A DNA stretch of 64,000 nt, from positions 14,175 to 78,174 of the forward strand of contig CAZKPC010000002.1 of assembly GCA_964554565.1 (NCBI GenBank), written 5' to 3'. This stretch comes from an uncultured Halobacteriales archaeon. Its GTDB lineage: Archaea; Halobacteriota; Halobacteria; Halobacteriales; Hikarchaeaceae. The notes beneath the pieces are model-generated. The model did no database searches. It worked only from the letters and a program-made list of their open reading frames with translations, and had not been told where the DNA came from. Position numbers and translations under genes: made by a program. This document shows positions 46,052 through 54,189 of this stretch, piece by piece; the stretch's first letter is position 1; each line of letters opens with the position of its first letter.

Positions 46052-48190
46052 TCACTCCTCCACCGCGAGGAGCGTCGTGTTCATCCGGATGCCGTCCGGT
46101 CGGGTGTCGGGCTGATCCGGCACGTACGTCCCCTCGAGCCCGCAGTCCGTGACGAGGGCACAGGTCGACCCAGCCGGCGGCCACAGGACGGCCACCCCAT
46201 CCGCGGTCGGCTTCGCCCGGAGCGCCTCACGATAGGTCAGTGTGCCGCCGCCCGGTTCCGTGATCGTGATCGTGAGGACGAGTTCGACGGGGCCGTCGAT
46301 CGGTACGGGCGCTACGCCGTCGTCCCTGGCGTCGAGGTTGGGGTGTCGAACCCTTGCGCCGTCTGAACCGACCGACCACTCGAGAGAGAGCGTCCGGGGG
46401 ATGGGTCCGTCAACGTCCCAGCGCCGGACCGTCTCGCCGTTCGAGAGGCCGACCGAGATCGAGACGATCCGGTCGGGGACGGCGACCTCCGTGCGAGCGG
46501 TCAGCTCGGAGCCTTCCCTGAGGCTTAATCGATCGAACACCGGGATGACCTGTCGGCTCGGATCGGGCCTCCATTCGCCGTGGTACCGGTAGCGGAAGTA
46601 GTCGCGGTCCGGGTAGGCCGAGAGGACCTCGAAGTCCGCCGCCGGGTGGCGGCTGATCGCGTAAACCGTCCGGCCATCGAAGCCCGGATCGTTCCGGAGC
46701 CACTGGAACGGGTGGTTCCGCCACTCGCCGTAGGTCGGCGGGAGGAAGACCAGCGCGTTGGGCGGCGACCGCGGTTCGAACGGCGCGTACGCTTGCTCGA
46801 ACTTCTCGGTATAGGCGGCGTTCCGATCGATGGGGTCCGCCAAGGCGTCGGCCTGGGCGACCCCGACGACCGGGAGCGCGGCGACGAGCAGAAGCACGAC
46901 GGCGATTCGGGGACCCAGGGAGGCCTGGGGCCACCTTTCCCGGAGGCCCATCCAGCCGATTTCCAGGGCATGAGCCGCGAACGCCGCCAGCGGCACGAGC
47001 AGGTCGAAGTGATAGAACGGGCCGAACACGCTGATCAAGCCGTCGCCCTGGATCGCGAGCTCCCCCAGAATGTTGCGATTGCCCCAGAACAGGACGTTCC
47101 CGGCCAGCACGGAGACCAGAACCCCGGCGAGGATCACCCTTAGCTGTGGACGACTCAGTTCACGCGTCGATTCGAGTCCCGTCCGTGTGATACCGATGGC
47201 AGTCGCCCCGAGGCCGACGCCCGCCGCGAGGGTGCCAATCAGCCCCGCCGTGAACCACCGGCTCGCGAACGCCCAGACCACGAGGCCGTTCGCCCGTACC
47301 GCCAGCGCCGGCGTGTACTCGAGCTCGTAGCCGAGAATGGCCCGTCGCCCGAACCCGAGGCCGTCAGCCGGGGCGAACGCCTCGTAGGGGAACAGGAACG
47401 CATCGCCGGTCAAGAACGCGTTGTACCAGAGGGTCACGCCCACGAAGGCCGTTCCGAGAGCTACCATCAGGCCGTAACGCCTCAGGCGGTGCGGCCGATC
47501 GTGGCGCCCACGGTACAGCCGCCAGAGCGCGTGGACCACGAACGGCGCCGCGAACAACACCGCCGTGTAGGGCCGCGCGAAGAACGCCAGCCCGATCAGG
47601 CTCCCGGCCACCACGGCGTACCGGGTATCGGCGCCACGCAGCGCCCGGACGTAGGCGAGGGCGAATCCGAGGTTCAACGCAGTCGTGGGCGCATAGGGGA
47701 GGAAGACGGAGGACGTGATCAAGAAGAGGGGGGCCGAGGCCATCAGGATCGCCGCGAGGAGGCCCGTCCGCCGGTCGAAGGCCGCGGCGACGAACGCGTA
47801 GAGGAGTGCGATGTTCAGTGTCGCGATCACGCCGAGGGCGAGCCTGTAGCCGCCGGCCAGCTTGCCGAGCGCGAAGATCGCTCCCGGCACTGGGCTGTAC
47901 TTCGGATAGAGCCCCCGTTCGCTTTCGACGAAGAACCAGGGGTGGAACGCTTCCCGGAGGGCGTCAGTTCCCGGCGTCAGGAAGAGCCGGCCCTCCAGCA
48001 GCATGGCCGCCTGTTGGAGGTAGACGCCCTCGTCGTGATTCGAGGAGTGGTAGGGGAACAGATCGGTCGCGAGAAACAGGACCGCGAGGCCGGCGGCGAC
48101 AGCGACGACGGCTGCCGCCAGCCGATAGCGATGCGTCGCACACACCCCGAGGAGTCTCGAGCGCCAGGAAGTATGCGCCGGTCGCGTCAC
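46052..48190 (-). CDS. GT-C fold glycosyltransferase (PMT/ArnT-like, PMT_2-type) with ~270-aa C-terminal extracytoplasmic domain
   Basis: 712 aa. After TM1 comes PYHSSNHDEGVYLQQA (loop-1 DE motif), then KYSPVPG, at least 10 hydrophobic helices and a soluble beta-rich tail. GTG start. Confidence 0.7.
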   Translation of the reverse strand: MTRPAHTSWRSRLLGVCATHRYRLAAAVVAVAAGLAVLFLATDLFPYHSSNHDEGVYLQQAAMLLEGRLFLTPGTDALREAFHPWFFVESERGLYPKYSPVPGAIFALGKLAGGYRLALGVIATLNIALLYAFVAAAFDRRTGLLAAILMASAPLFLITSSVFLPYAPTTALNLGFALAYVRALRGADTRYAVVAGSLIGLAFFARPYTAVLFAAPFVVHALWRLYRGRHDRPHRLRRYGLMVALGTAFVGVTLWYNAFLTGDAFLFPYEAFAPADGLGFGRRAILGYELEYTPALAVRANGLVVWAFASRWFTAGLIGTLAAGVGLGATAIGITRTGLESTRELSRPQLRVILAGVLVSVLAGNVLFWGNRNILGELAIQGDGLISVFGPFYHFDLLVPLAAFAAHALEIGWMGLRERWPQASLGPRIAVVLLLVAALPVVGVAQADALADPIDRNAAYTEKFEQAYAPFEPRSPPNALVFLPPTYGEWRNHPFQWLRNDPGFDGRTVYAISRHPAADFEVLSAYPDRDYFRYRYHGEWRPDPSRQVIPVFDRLSLREGSELTARTEVAVPDRIVSISVGLSNGETVRRWDVDGPIPRTLSLEWSVGSDGARVRHPNLDARDDGVAPVPIDGPVELVLTITITEPGGGTLTYREALRAKPTADGVAVLWPPAGSTCALVTDCGLEGTYVPDQPDTRPDGIRMNTTLLAVEE

Positions 48191-48241
48191 GGTCCGGGAT
48201 GTCCGACATGGCCGCGGAGCGGTTTCACGACCGCCTGGAGG

Positions 48242-49867
48242 TTACCGGTCATTCGATTCACCGCCGTTCAGCGTCGCCGAGACCTGCCCCTCCTGTGACA
48301 ACAACACCAACATCGAGAGGCCCGACACCAGAACGAGTATCAGGGCGGGGAGCGCAGCGGCCCCGAAGTACCCGGCGCTCTCGGCTCGCCAGATGCGGAT
48401 CACCAACGTCTCGAACCCGGTGGGGCGGAGCAGCAGCGTCGCGGGCAGCTCCTTCATGGTCGTCAGGAACACCAGGGCCGCGCCGGCGAGCACCCCGGGG
48501 GCCACAAGGGGCAGCGTGACCTCCCGGAAGGCCGCGGTCGGGGATCGTCCGAGCACTCGCGCCGCGGCTGGGAGGTCCGGATCGATCTGGAGGAGCGTCG
48601 ATCGGGTCGACCCGACGGCGATCGGGAGGAACCGAACGACGTAGGCGAAGACCAGCAGCGGGAGCGTCTGGTACAGCGGTGTGACGTACCGGGCGCCGAA
48701 GAAGACGAGCGCCAGCCCGATGACCACGCCGGGGATGGCATAGCCGACGTAGGTGGCCCGCTCGAAGACGGTCGACAGGCGGCCGCGATAACGAACCGCG
48801 AGATAGGCCACCGGGAGGGAAGCGGCTGCCGCAACGATGGCCGCGACCCCGGAAACGCCGACGGAATTCACGATATAGGAGACGGTGAACCCGCCGCTGT
48901 TCCCGGCTGGACCGGCTCGGACGAGCCAGAGCACCATGATGCCGATCGGCAGCGCGAGCGCCAGGATGGAGGTCAGCGCGCACACCACCGTCGCGGGCCA
49001 TCGCCACGCGCCGAGCCGTCGTTCGTGCCGACCCGGCGCGACCCCGGTTGACTGGACGCCGCGCCCGCGGACCTGTGATTCGATGGCCAGAATGAACAGG
49101 GTGGCCGCGACGAGTTGGAGCGAGAGGAGCGCGGCGAAATCCAGCTCGAACCGGTTGACGAAGATCACTCTGGTGAACACGTCGTACCGCATGATGGCGG
49201 GCGTCCCGAAGTCGGAGAGGGCGTACAGCGCTACCAGCAGCGCGCCGGCGGTCACGGCCGGCCGAACTTGCGGGACCACGACGCGTTTGAACGCGTCCCG
49301 ACGGGTGTGGTTGAGCGTCCGGGCGGCGTCGACGAGCCGCTCGTCCATGGTAAGCAGCGAGGCCCGGGTGGCCAGGAAGACATAGGGGTAGGTGTAGAGC
49401 GTGATGACGAGGACGCTGCCCTGGAGGCCGTAGATCGACGGGAGCGTTTCGATGCCCAAGGGCGCCAGGAGCGACTGCAGTTCGCCGTTCGGACCGAAGG
49501 CGGACACGAAGGCGAACGCGCCGATATAACTGGGGATGACCAACGGCATCGAGATCGCGACCGTCCAGAACCGGCTGAAGGGGAGGTCCGTTCGGATCGT
49601 GAGGTACGCCAGCGGGACGGCGATCACGATCGAAAGCAGCGTGACGAGGGTGACCATCACGACGCTGTTCACCACGACCTGGAGCGTTCGTGGATCGAGC
49701 AGCGTCTCGAGGGCGGTTCCGGGTTCGATGCCGAACGCCGTGATGAGCAGCCACCCCACCGGAGCCACCACCGCGGCGGCGATCCCAGCCGCCAGGAGCG
49801 TCAGGCCGACCGGCAGCTCGCCTCGGCGACCACGGAGTTCCATCCGTTCGCCGAGGCCGAACGCCAT
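48242..49867 (-). CDS. ABC transporter permease, duplicated (FbpB/ThiP-like Fe(III)-type)
   Basis: 541 aa, two tandem permease halves, each with an EAA-like loop (DAARTLNHTRRDAFKRVVVP and AAARVLGRSPTAAFREVTLP). Confidence 0.9.
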   Translation of the reverse strand: MAFGLGERMELRGRRGELPVGLTLLAAGIAAAVVAPVGWLLITAFGIEPGTALETLLDPRTLQVVVNSVVMVTLVTLLSIVIAVPLAYLTIRTDLPFSRFWTVAISMPLVIPSYIGAFAFVSAFGPNGELQSLLAPLGIETLPSIYGLQGSVLVITLYTYPYVFLATRASLLTMDERLVDAARTLNHTRRDAFKRVVVPQVRPAVTAGALLVALYALSDFGTPAIMRYDVFTRVIFVNRFELDFAALLSLQLVAATLFILAIESQVRGRGVQSTGVAPGRHERRLGAWRWPATVVCALTSILALALPIGIMVLWLVRAGPAGNSGGFTVSYIVNSVGVSGVAAIVAAAASLPVAYLAVRYRGRLSTVFERATYVGYAIPGVVIGLALVFFGARYVTPLYQTLPLLVFAYVVRFLPIAVGSTRSTLLQIDPDLPAAARVLGRSPTAAFREVTLPLVAPGVLAGAALVFLTTMKELPATLLLRPTGFETLVIRIWRAESAGYFGAAALPALILVLVSGLSMLVLLSQEGQVSATLNGGESNDR

Positions 49868-51043
49868 CTACAGGACGCCGACCTCTTCCATGAGGTCGAT
49901 GGTCTCGTTGATGTCGGCCTTCGCGAACTCCGCGAGATCGAGATCGGGCGGGTTCAGCTCGTCGAACCCGGGCAGCCGGTCGATCGGCTGGACACCCGGG
50001 ATCATGGGGTACTCGAACGTGGCTGACCGTGCGAAGTAGTCCTGGGCCTCCGCCGAGAGGAGATGGCGGACGAAATCGGCCCCGAGATCCGGGTTATCAG
50101 TGGCGTCGACGACCCCCGCGCCCGCGACGTTGAAGAACGAGCCCGCGTCGTTCTCGGTGAAGGTCATGTCCAACGGGGCGTTCGGCCGGGCGTCCAGGAC
50201 CCGGATCACGTAGTAGTGGTTCGTGAACCCGGCCAGGATCTCGCCGTCCGCAACCGCCTGCGCGACCCGGAACTCGTCGGAATACTCCTGGATCCCGAGA
50301 TCGACCATCCCTTCGAGCCACTCCCGAGTGCGCTGCTCGCCGTTGAGGATCCGCATGACGGTGACGAAGCCCTGGAACGACCCGTAGGTCACCGCCCAAC
50401 CCATCTCGTCGGCCAGGACATCCTGCTCGGGGAAATCGAGGATGTTAGACGGGAGGTCCGCCGCCTCGAGCTCGTCGGTGTTGTAGGGGATCGACCGAAC
50501 CCGGCCCGACGTCCCGATCCAGAGGCCGTCAGGATCCTGATAGCCCTGACGGCCGAGCCCGAGCACGTCCTCAGGAAGGGGCTGGAGCCGGTCCTCGTTG
50601 GCGAGCAAGCCCAGGATCCCGGCGTTCACCGTGAAGAACACGTCCGCCGGCGTTGACGCCCCTTCGGTGCGGATCTGGTTGGCGAGGTCGGCGGCCGTGC
50701 CGTAGCGCACGTCCAGCGTCAGGTCGGGATATCGGTTCCGGATGAACTCCATCAGTTGCCCGACGAGGAACTCGCCACGGCCGGAATAGACGGTGAGTTC
50801 CCCGGCAAGCTCCGGCATCGCCCCCATCGGCGTGCCCTCGGGCAGCCCCCGGCCCTCCCGAGCCGAGCCGATCAGCTCGGGCTCCTCGCCCGTCGCGGTA
50901 TCGGTCTGACCGCTGCCCGGCGTTTCCGAGCCGATCAGTCCGTTACAGCCCGCCAGGCTGGCCAACCCGGTGGTGCCGGAGAGGGCCAGGAACCGGCGTC
51001 GCCGGATCCGTTTGTTCCCATCGGGCTTCGGGGCCTCAGTCAT
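49868..51043 (-). CDS. ABC transporter substrate-binding Tat-lipoprotein (AfuA/FbpA Fe(III)-type family)
   Basis: RRRRFLALSGTTGLASLAGC (Tat motif plus lipobox). VYSGRGEFLV...ADLANQIRTEGASTPADVFFT. Its stop abuts the permease start with no gap. Confidence 0.85.
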   Translation of the reverse strand: MTEAPKPDGNKRIRRRRFLALSGTTGLASLAGCNGLIGSETPGSGQTDTATGEEPELIGSAREGRGLPEGTPMGAMPELAGELTVYSGRGEFLVGQLMEFIRNRYPDLTLDVRYGTAADLANQIRTEGASTPADVFFTVNAGILGLLANEDRLQPLPEDVLGLGRQGYQDPDGLWIGTSGRVRSIPYNTDELEAADLPSNILDFPEQDVLADEMGWAVTYGSFQGFVTVMRILNGEQRTREWLEGMVDLGIQEYSDEFRVAQAVADGEILAGFTNHYYVIRVLDARPNAPLDMTFTENDAGSFFNVAGAGVVDATDNPDLGADFVRHLLSAEAQDYFARSATFEYPMIPGVQPIDRLPGFDELNPPDLDLAEFAKADINETIDLMEEVGVL

Positions 51044-52199
51044 CGGCTGGCACCTCCACCGCGACTTCGGCGCTACGGCTCTCGAGGGCCTCCAGGCAGT
51101 CGAGCCACCGCCGCATGTGCTCGCCGATGTAGTTCAGGAAGCCCCCGTTCACGAGATCGAACTCCCCGTCGGTGAGCGCTTCCGCCATGGCCGCATAGGC
51201 CTCGCCGAAGGACGCCACCTCCCGGTCGATATCGTCGATGATGCGCCAGAGGTACTCGTTGAGCTCGAGGGCCGGCGCCTCGTTGGCGAGGTCGGAGAAC
51301 GTCGAGCGAGGTGCCTTCTCGTGCACGCAGAGCGGTTCGCCGTTCATGATCTGCTTGCCGAGGAGGTCACAGGCGCGCTTCAGGAAGACGCCGCTCCAGA
51401 TATCGTCGAACCGTCCCACGTCCCACGGGTTGTCGTCCATGGGAAGCTGGTAGAACGCCGGCACGACCTCCCGGCGGAACGCCAGGTTCATCGAGCAGAC
51501 GGTCAGGAAGTGGCCGGGTGCGGCGACGAAATCCCCCGTGTAATGGTCCGGGGACAGCCGGGTCTGGGCCTGCCCGTTCAGGTCGCCGTCCAGCAGGATC
51601 CGCACGGCGTCTAAGTCGGGCACATCGGTCCAGAGGCCTTGCGAGGCGACGACATCGTCGACACGGGTGGTCTCGGTCCCGACCCGCTCGCCCATGGCGC
51701 CGTAGGGATACCCGCGGGGATACAGCCCGTGGTCGTCGACCGCCTGATGGAGGACGTTCACCCAGCGCTCATCTGAACGGACCGCTTCGATCGGGCCATC
51801 GTAGTTGAGGTTCCGGAGGTGCCGGCCGAAGAAGTCGGTCCCGGGCTGGGGTCGCGTATCGTCGTCGATGAAGACGCCGTATTCCGCATCGGACGCCCAG
51901 AGATACAACAGCCCGAACGAGGTCTGCGCGTGGCTCCTGGCGGGGATGAGATCGGTATACTCGTTGAGCCCGTGGTCGTGGAACCACTGTTCGCGCCGGG
52001 TGCCGTCGAACACTTCGCCGGAGACGCCGAGGTCATCCAACATGGCCGCCATCGCCGCGGTGTCGCAGTGGTCCTCGGTGACTAACACGAACGTCAGTCG
52101 GTCGCAATCGAAGCCGTGCGTTCGGGCGTTCTCTACGTAGTCACGACAGGCCTCGGGGTGCCGTATCGTCGGCACGACCACGCACACGTCGTCGGTCAT
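51036..52199 (-). CDS. GT75 / reversibly-glycosylated-polypeptide (UDP-arabinopyranose mutase-like) family protein
   Basis: VVVPTIR, VFIDDDT, PRGYPYG, SQGLWTDVPDLDA, CSMNLAFRRE and GRFDDIWSG parallel the plant RGP/UAM motifs I remember (TIR, DDDC, RGYPF, HGLWLNIPDYDA, CGMNLAF, GRYDDMWAG). 8-nt overlap with the binding-protein gene. Confidence 0.75.
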   Translation of the reverse strand: MTDDVCVVVPTIRHPEACRDYVENARTHGFDCDRLTFVLVTEDHCDTAAMAAMLDDLGVSGEVFDGTRREQWFHDHGLNEYTDLIPARSHAQTSFGLLYLWASDAEYGVFIDDDTRPQPGTDFFGRHLRNLNYDGPIEAVRSDERWVNVLHQAVDDHGLYPRGYPYGAMGERVGTETTRVDDVVASQGLWTDVPDLDAVRILLDGDLNGQAQTRLSPDHYTGDFVAAPGHFLTVCSMNLAFRREVVPAFYQLPMDDNPWDVGRFDDIWSGVFLKRACDLLGKQIMNGEPLCVHEKAPRSTFSDLANEAPALELNEYLWRIIDDIDREVASFGEAYAAMAEALTDGEFDLVNGGFLNYIGEHMRRWLDCLEALESRSAEVAVEVPADD

Positions 52200-52207
52200 T
52201 ACGCCAA

Positions 52208-52258
52208 GTTTTTAGGACGGCCTAAAGTATCTGTCGTTCTTTAGGTATCCCTAAAAAC
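52208..52258 (-). promoter_or_regulatory. 51-bp composite palindrome: two TTTAGG-N4-CCTAAA palindromes 29 bp apart, directly upstream of the GT75 gene
   Basis: gTTTTTAGGacggCCTAAAGtatctgtcgttCTTTAGGtatcCCTAAAAAc. The outer arms (52208-16 / 52250-58) and inner arms (52221-27 / 52239-45) are mutually reverse-complementary. It lies 9-59 nt upstream of the ATG at 52199 and overlaps the likely TATA position. Confidence 0.55.
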
Positions 52259-52316
52259 CGGGCGCCGAACAGGGATAGCTCTCGGACCGCCGGAACCGAT
52301 CGAAACAGGGTGGTCT

Positions 52317-52493
52317 CTACGGGGTCAGTTCGGCCAGGGTCTCGCCGGACGCCCGATGGCCACAATCGACGAACTCGTGGCGGCCCGGTTCGGTCGTCGC
52401 GATCCCGGTGATCGGCATGCCACAGCTGGGACAGTTCAGGCCGTCGAGTCTGGCGGGACGCGAAGCGGTCGCGGGTTGGGCGGTCTGGAACAT
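52317..52493 (-). CDS. 58-aa CPxCG-type zinc-finger microprotein (not in the ORF track)
   Basis: Own translation: MFQTAQPATASRPARLDGLNCPSCGMPITGIATTEPGRHEFVDCGHRASGETLAELTP. High GC3. ATG complement at 52491-52493, TAG complement at 52317-52319. Confidence 0.45.
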   Translation of the reverse strand: MFQTAQPATASRPARLDGLNCPSCGMPITGIATTEPGRHEFVDCGHRASGETLAELTP

Positions 52494-52663
52494 GCAACCC
52501 TCTCGCCGACCGGATCGGTCTAAAAAACGAGTCTAGCGGTCTGAAAGTGAAACCGAAGGACGCCGCCGTCATTCGATTTCCTGTCTGACGTGTGGCTGAC
52601 GGCGCTTGAAAGACCGATCCGCGGTTTCCGAACGCCTAAGTCCGGGCGTATCAGGGCCTGGAT

Positions 52664-53818
52664 ATGGACCGGGTGGCCGTCATTGGGGCTTCGATGACTC
52701 AGTTCGGGCAGCGTGAGGGGTGGCTCCGCGATCTGCTTGCCGAGGCCGGACAGGCCTGCCTCGAGGACGCGGGCATCGAAGCCGACGAAGTAGATCACCT
52801 CTACGTTTCCAACATGGCCAGCGGGGAGTTCGAAGGACAGACCGGCGTGATGAACGCGCTCGCCCATGATCTCGGCGGGATCGGCGCCTATACGCAGCGG
52901 GTCGATCAAACGAGTGCTAGCGGGGGGGCCGGGGCCTATGCCGCGTGGCAGTCGGTCGCGAGCGGCGCCAGCGACCTCACACTGCTGGTCGGCGGGGAGA
53001 AGATGACGCACGTCTCCACCGGCGAGGCCACCGACGTGATCGCCTCGCTCACCCACCCCGTCGAGTACAAGCACGGGGTCACGCTGCCGGCCTTCGCCGG
53101 GCTGACCGCCCGAGCGTACCTCGAATCGTTCGACGCTCCGCGCGAGGCGCTGGCCCGGGTCGCCGTCAAGAACCACCGGCACGGTGTCGACAACCCGCAC
53201 GCGCAGTTCCGGAAGGAGATCGACGTCGAGACCGTGATGGACTCCCCGATCGTCGCCGATCCCTTGCGGCTCTACGACTTCTGCCCCATCACCGACGGCT
53301 CGGCGGCGCTGCTCTTCTGTCCCGAATCCATGGCTGGGGAGATCGCCGAGGAGTACACGGTCGTCACTGGGATCGGGGGTGCGACGGACACGCACGTGGT
53401 CCACGAACGCTCGAACCCGACGACGATGGAAGGCGTTGTCAGCTCGAGTCGCCGGGCCTACGAGATGGCCGGCTCGGGTCCTGATGAGATCGACGTCGCC
53501 GAGCTCCACGACATGTTCACGATCCTGGAGGTCCTGCAGTCGGAGGACCTCGGGTTCTTCGAGAAGGGGCAGGGCTGGCAAGCCGTCGAGGACGGAATCA
53601 CGGTCAAGGAGGGCCGCCTCCCAGTGAATACCTCTGGCGGGCTGAAATCCAAGGGCCATCCGCTCGGCGCCAGTGGGGTGGCCCAACTATACGAGCTCCA
53701 CCAACAGCTGACCGGCCAAGCGGGGCCGCGACAGGTGGCGGCCGACGTCGGCTTGGCCTGCAACGTGGGCGGCTTCGGGAACTGCGTCACGACCACGCTC
53801 CTGGAGGCCGGCGCATGA
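52664..53818 (+). CDS. thiolase-domain protein (archaeal acetyl-CoA acetyltransferase / SCP-x type)
   Basis: 384 aa. VAVIGASMTQFG...SASGGAGAYAA...NTSGGLKSKGHPLGASG...CNVGGFG. Confidence 0.9.
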   Translation: MDRVAVIGASMTQFGQREGWLRDLLAEAGQACLEDAGIEADEVDHLYVSNMASGEFEGQTGVMNALAHDLGGIGAYTQRVDQTSASGGAGAYAAWQSVASGASDLTLLVGGEKMTHVSTGEATDVIASLTHPVEYKHGVTLPAFAGLTARAYLESFDAPREALARVAVKNHRHGVDNPHAQFRKEIDVETVMDSPIVADPLRLYDFCPITDGSAALLFCPESMAGEIAEEYTVVTGIGGATDTHVVHERSNPTTMEGVVSSSRRAYEMAGSGPDEIDVAELHDMFTILEVLQSEDLGFFEKGQGWQAVEDGITVKEGRLPVNTSGGLKSKGHPLGASGVAQLYELHQQLTGQAGPRQVAADVGLACNVGGFGNCVTTTLLEAGA

Positions 53819-54180
53819 GCCTGCACGCCTACCGATGTCCCAACGGACACGTGAGCTATCCGGGACACCCGCGCTGCCCGGACTGTGGCTCGCCCCAGGA
53901 AGAACCGATCGATCTCTCGGATCGCACAGCGACGGTGGTGACCTGGACCGTGAGCACCGCGACACCGCCCGGTGTCCGACAGCCCAATCCGCTCGCGATC
54001 GTGGAGTTCGATGTCGACGGGACGGGGGTGCGGGCAATCGGCGGGCTGACCACCGATAGCGTCTCGACGGGCGATGTAGTCCGCCCGGTCCATGTCGAGG
54101 AACTCCGGGACCCGGCCGCCGGGATCCGGGCTGCCGAGAGCCAGGACTGGGACGGGTACCGGTTCGAGCCAGCCGACTGA
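53815..54180 (+). CDS. DUF35 OB-fold/zinc-ribbon protein (thiolase partner)
   Basis: YRCPNGHVSYPGHPRCPDCGS zinc ribbon, then an OB-fold-like segment. 4-nt overlap with the thiolase gene. Confidence 0.85.
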   Translation: MSLHAYRCPNGHVSYPGHPRCPDCGSPQEEPIDLSDRTATVVTWTVSTATPPGVRQPNPLAIVEFDVDGTGVRAIGGLTTDSVSTGDVVRPVHVEELRDPAAGIRAAESQDWDGYRFEPAD

Positions 54181-54189
54181 GGCCGCCGG

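Noticed and set aside
48258-49754. 498-aa minus-strand ORF in an alternative frame of the permease gene
   Set aside because: The product is extremely Arg/Pro/Gly-rich. The 48242..49867 frame gives a hydrophobic duplicated permease with EAA-like loops.
52520-53686. 388-aa minus-strand ORF
   Set aside because: It is antisense to the thiolase gene and has shadow-ORF composition.
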